In this document: in pieces, positions 32,537 to 33,000 of the stretch | Numbering within the stretch: position 1 is the first letter of the stretch | Layout: each line of letters starts with the position of its first letter | Assembly (NCBI RefSeq): GCF_016433145.1 | Contig: NC_058130.1 | Span: forward strand, 183,547,172-183,580,171 | Direction of reading: 5' to 3' | Origin: Gracilinanus agilis | Lineage: Eukaryota | DNA length: 33,000 bases | Notes under the pieces: generated by a model | Databases searched by the model: none | Told to the model about the DNA's origin: nothing | The model's input: the letters and a program-made list of their open reading frames with translations, nothing else | Position numbers and translations under genes: made by a program

Positions 32537-33000
32537 TGAATCCCACCCTAATCACCAGGGTATGACTAGCATGAATTCTCAAATCTAATCCTCATATTAT
32601 GACATTTTCTTTGTCATAAAATTGTTACCCAATGTAATCATGAAATCTTTTTAAGGGGAAGGTTTGTAAAAGTCTATCACAGAACAGTCAATCTATGAAT
32701 AATCACTTGAACACTCACTAAAGCACTTATTTGCACATCATCTTATTTAATGCACACAAAATGGCACTGTGAAATAAGGAATGTGAGAAATTACCAAAAA
32801 TCATAGTAGTAACACTTCTATAATATTAGCTTTGTGCAAGGTAGGCAGAATGAATAATTTTACTATGGAAGCAAAGCTGAAACAAACTAACATCATAAAC
32901 TCCAGGGATTTTATTTAAAAAATCATGAAACTCTTCCTTAATAATGTGATAGAAAAATGAATAAAAGACTACAAAGTATGAGGACTGAGTTCTGTTTTTG

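Overview
This is a 33 kb AT-rich eukaryotic window, not a prokaryotic one. I see no complete protein-coding gene, structural RNA gene or CRISPR array. The repeat content (SINE1_Mdo-like CORE-SINEs, L1_Mdo-like LINEs, abundant MIR and L2, marsupial-type LTRs, hAT-Charlie DNA transposons) points to a marsupial, most likely a didelphid opossum such as Monodelphis. Family names are recognised from memory of consensus sequences and were not checked by a search. More than half of the window appears to be transposon-derived, often nested. The ORFs in the supplied track are chance ORFs or repeat remnants (L1 ORF1, L2 RT). The unique sequence looks A-rich on the + strand by eye, and the best splice signals are on the - strand, so the window probably lies inside a long intron of an unidentified minus-strand gene. 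The most notable observations are: (1) an 18-nt microexon candidate at 6201-6218 (-) with a 110-nt AG-free zone and a UGC at -9..-7, plus a second 21-nt candidate that is open together with it only in phase 1; (2) a truncated ERV provirus (LTR, PBS-like site, RNase H remnant) flanked by a ~52-bp host duplication; (3) an L1 made of only the 5'UTR and ORF1, with no ORF2 or poly-A, but with a 15-bp target-site duplication; (4) hAT MITEs and several inverted-repeat pairs. I found no convincing evidence of a wholly new biological system.
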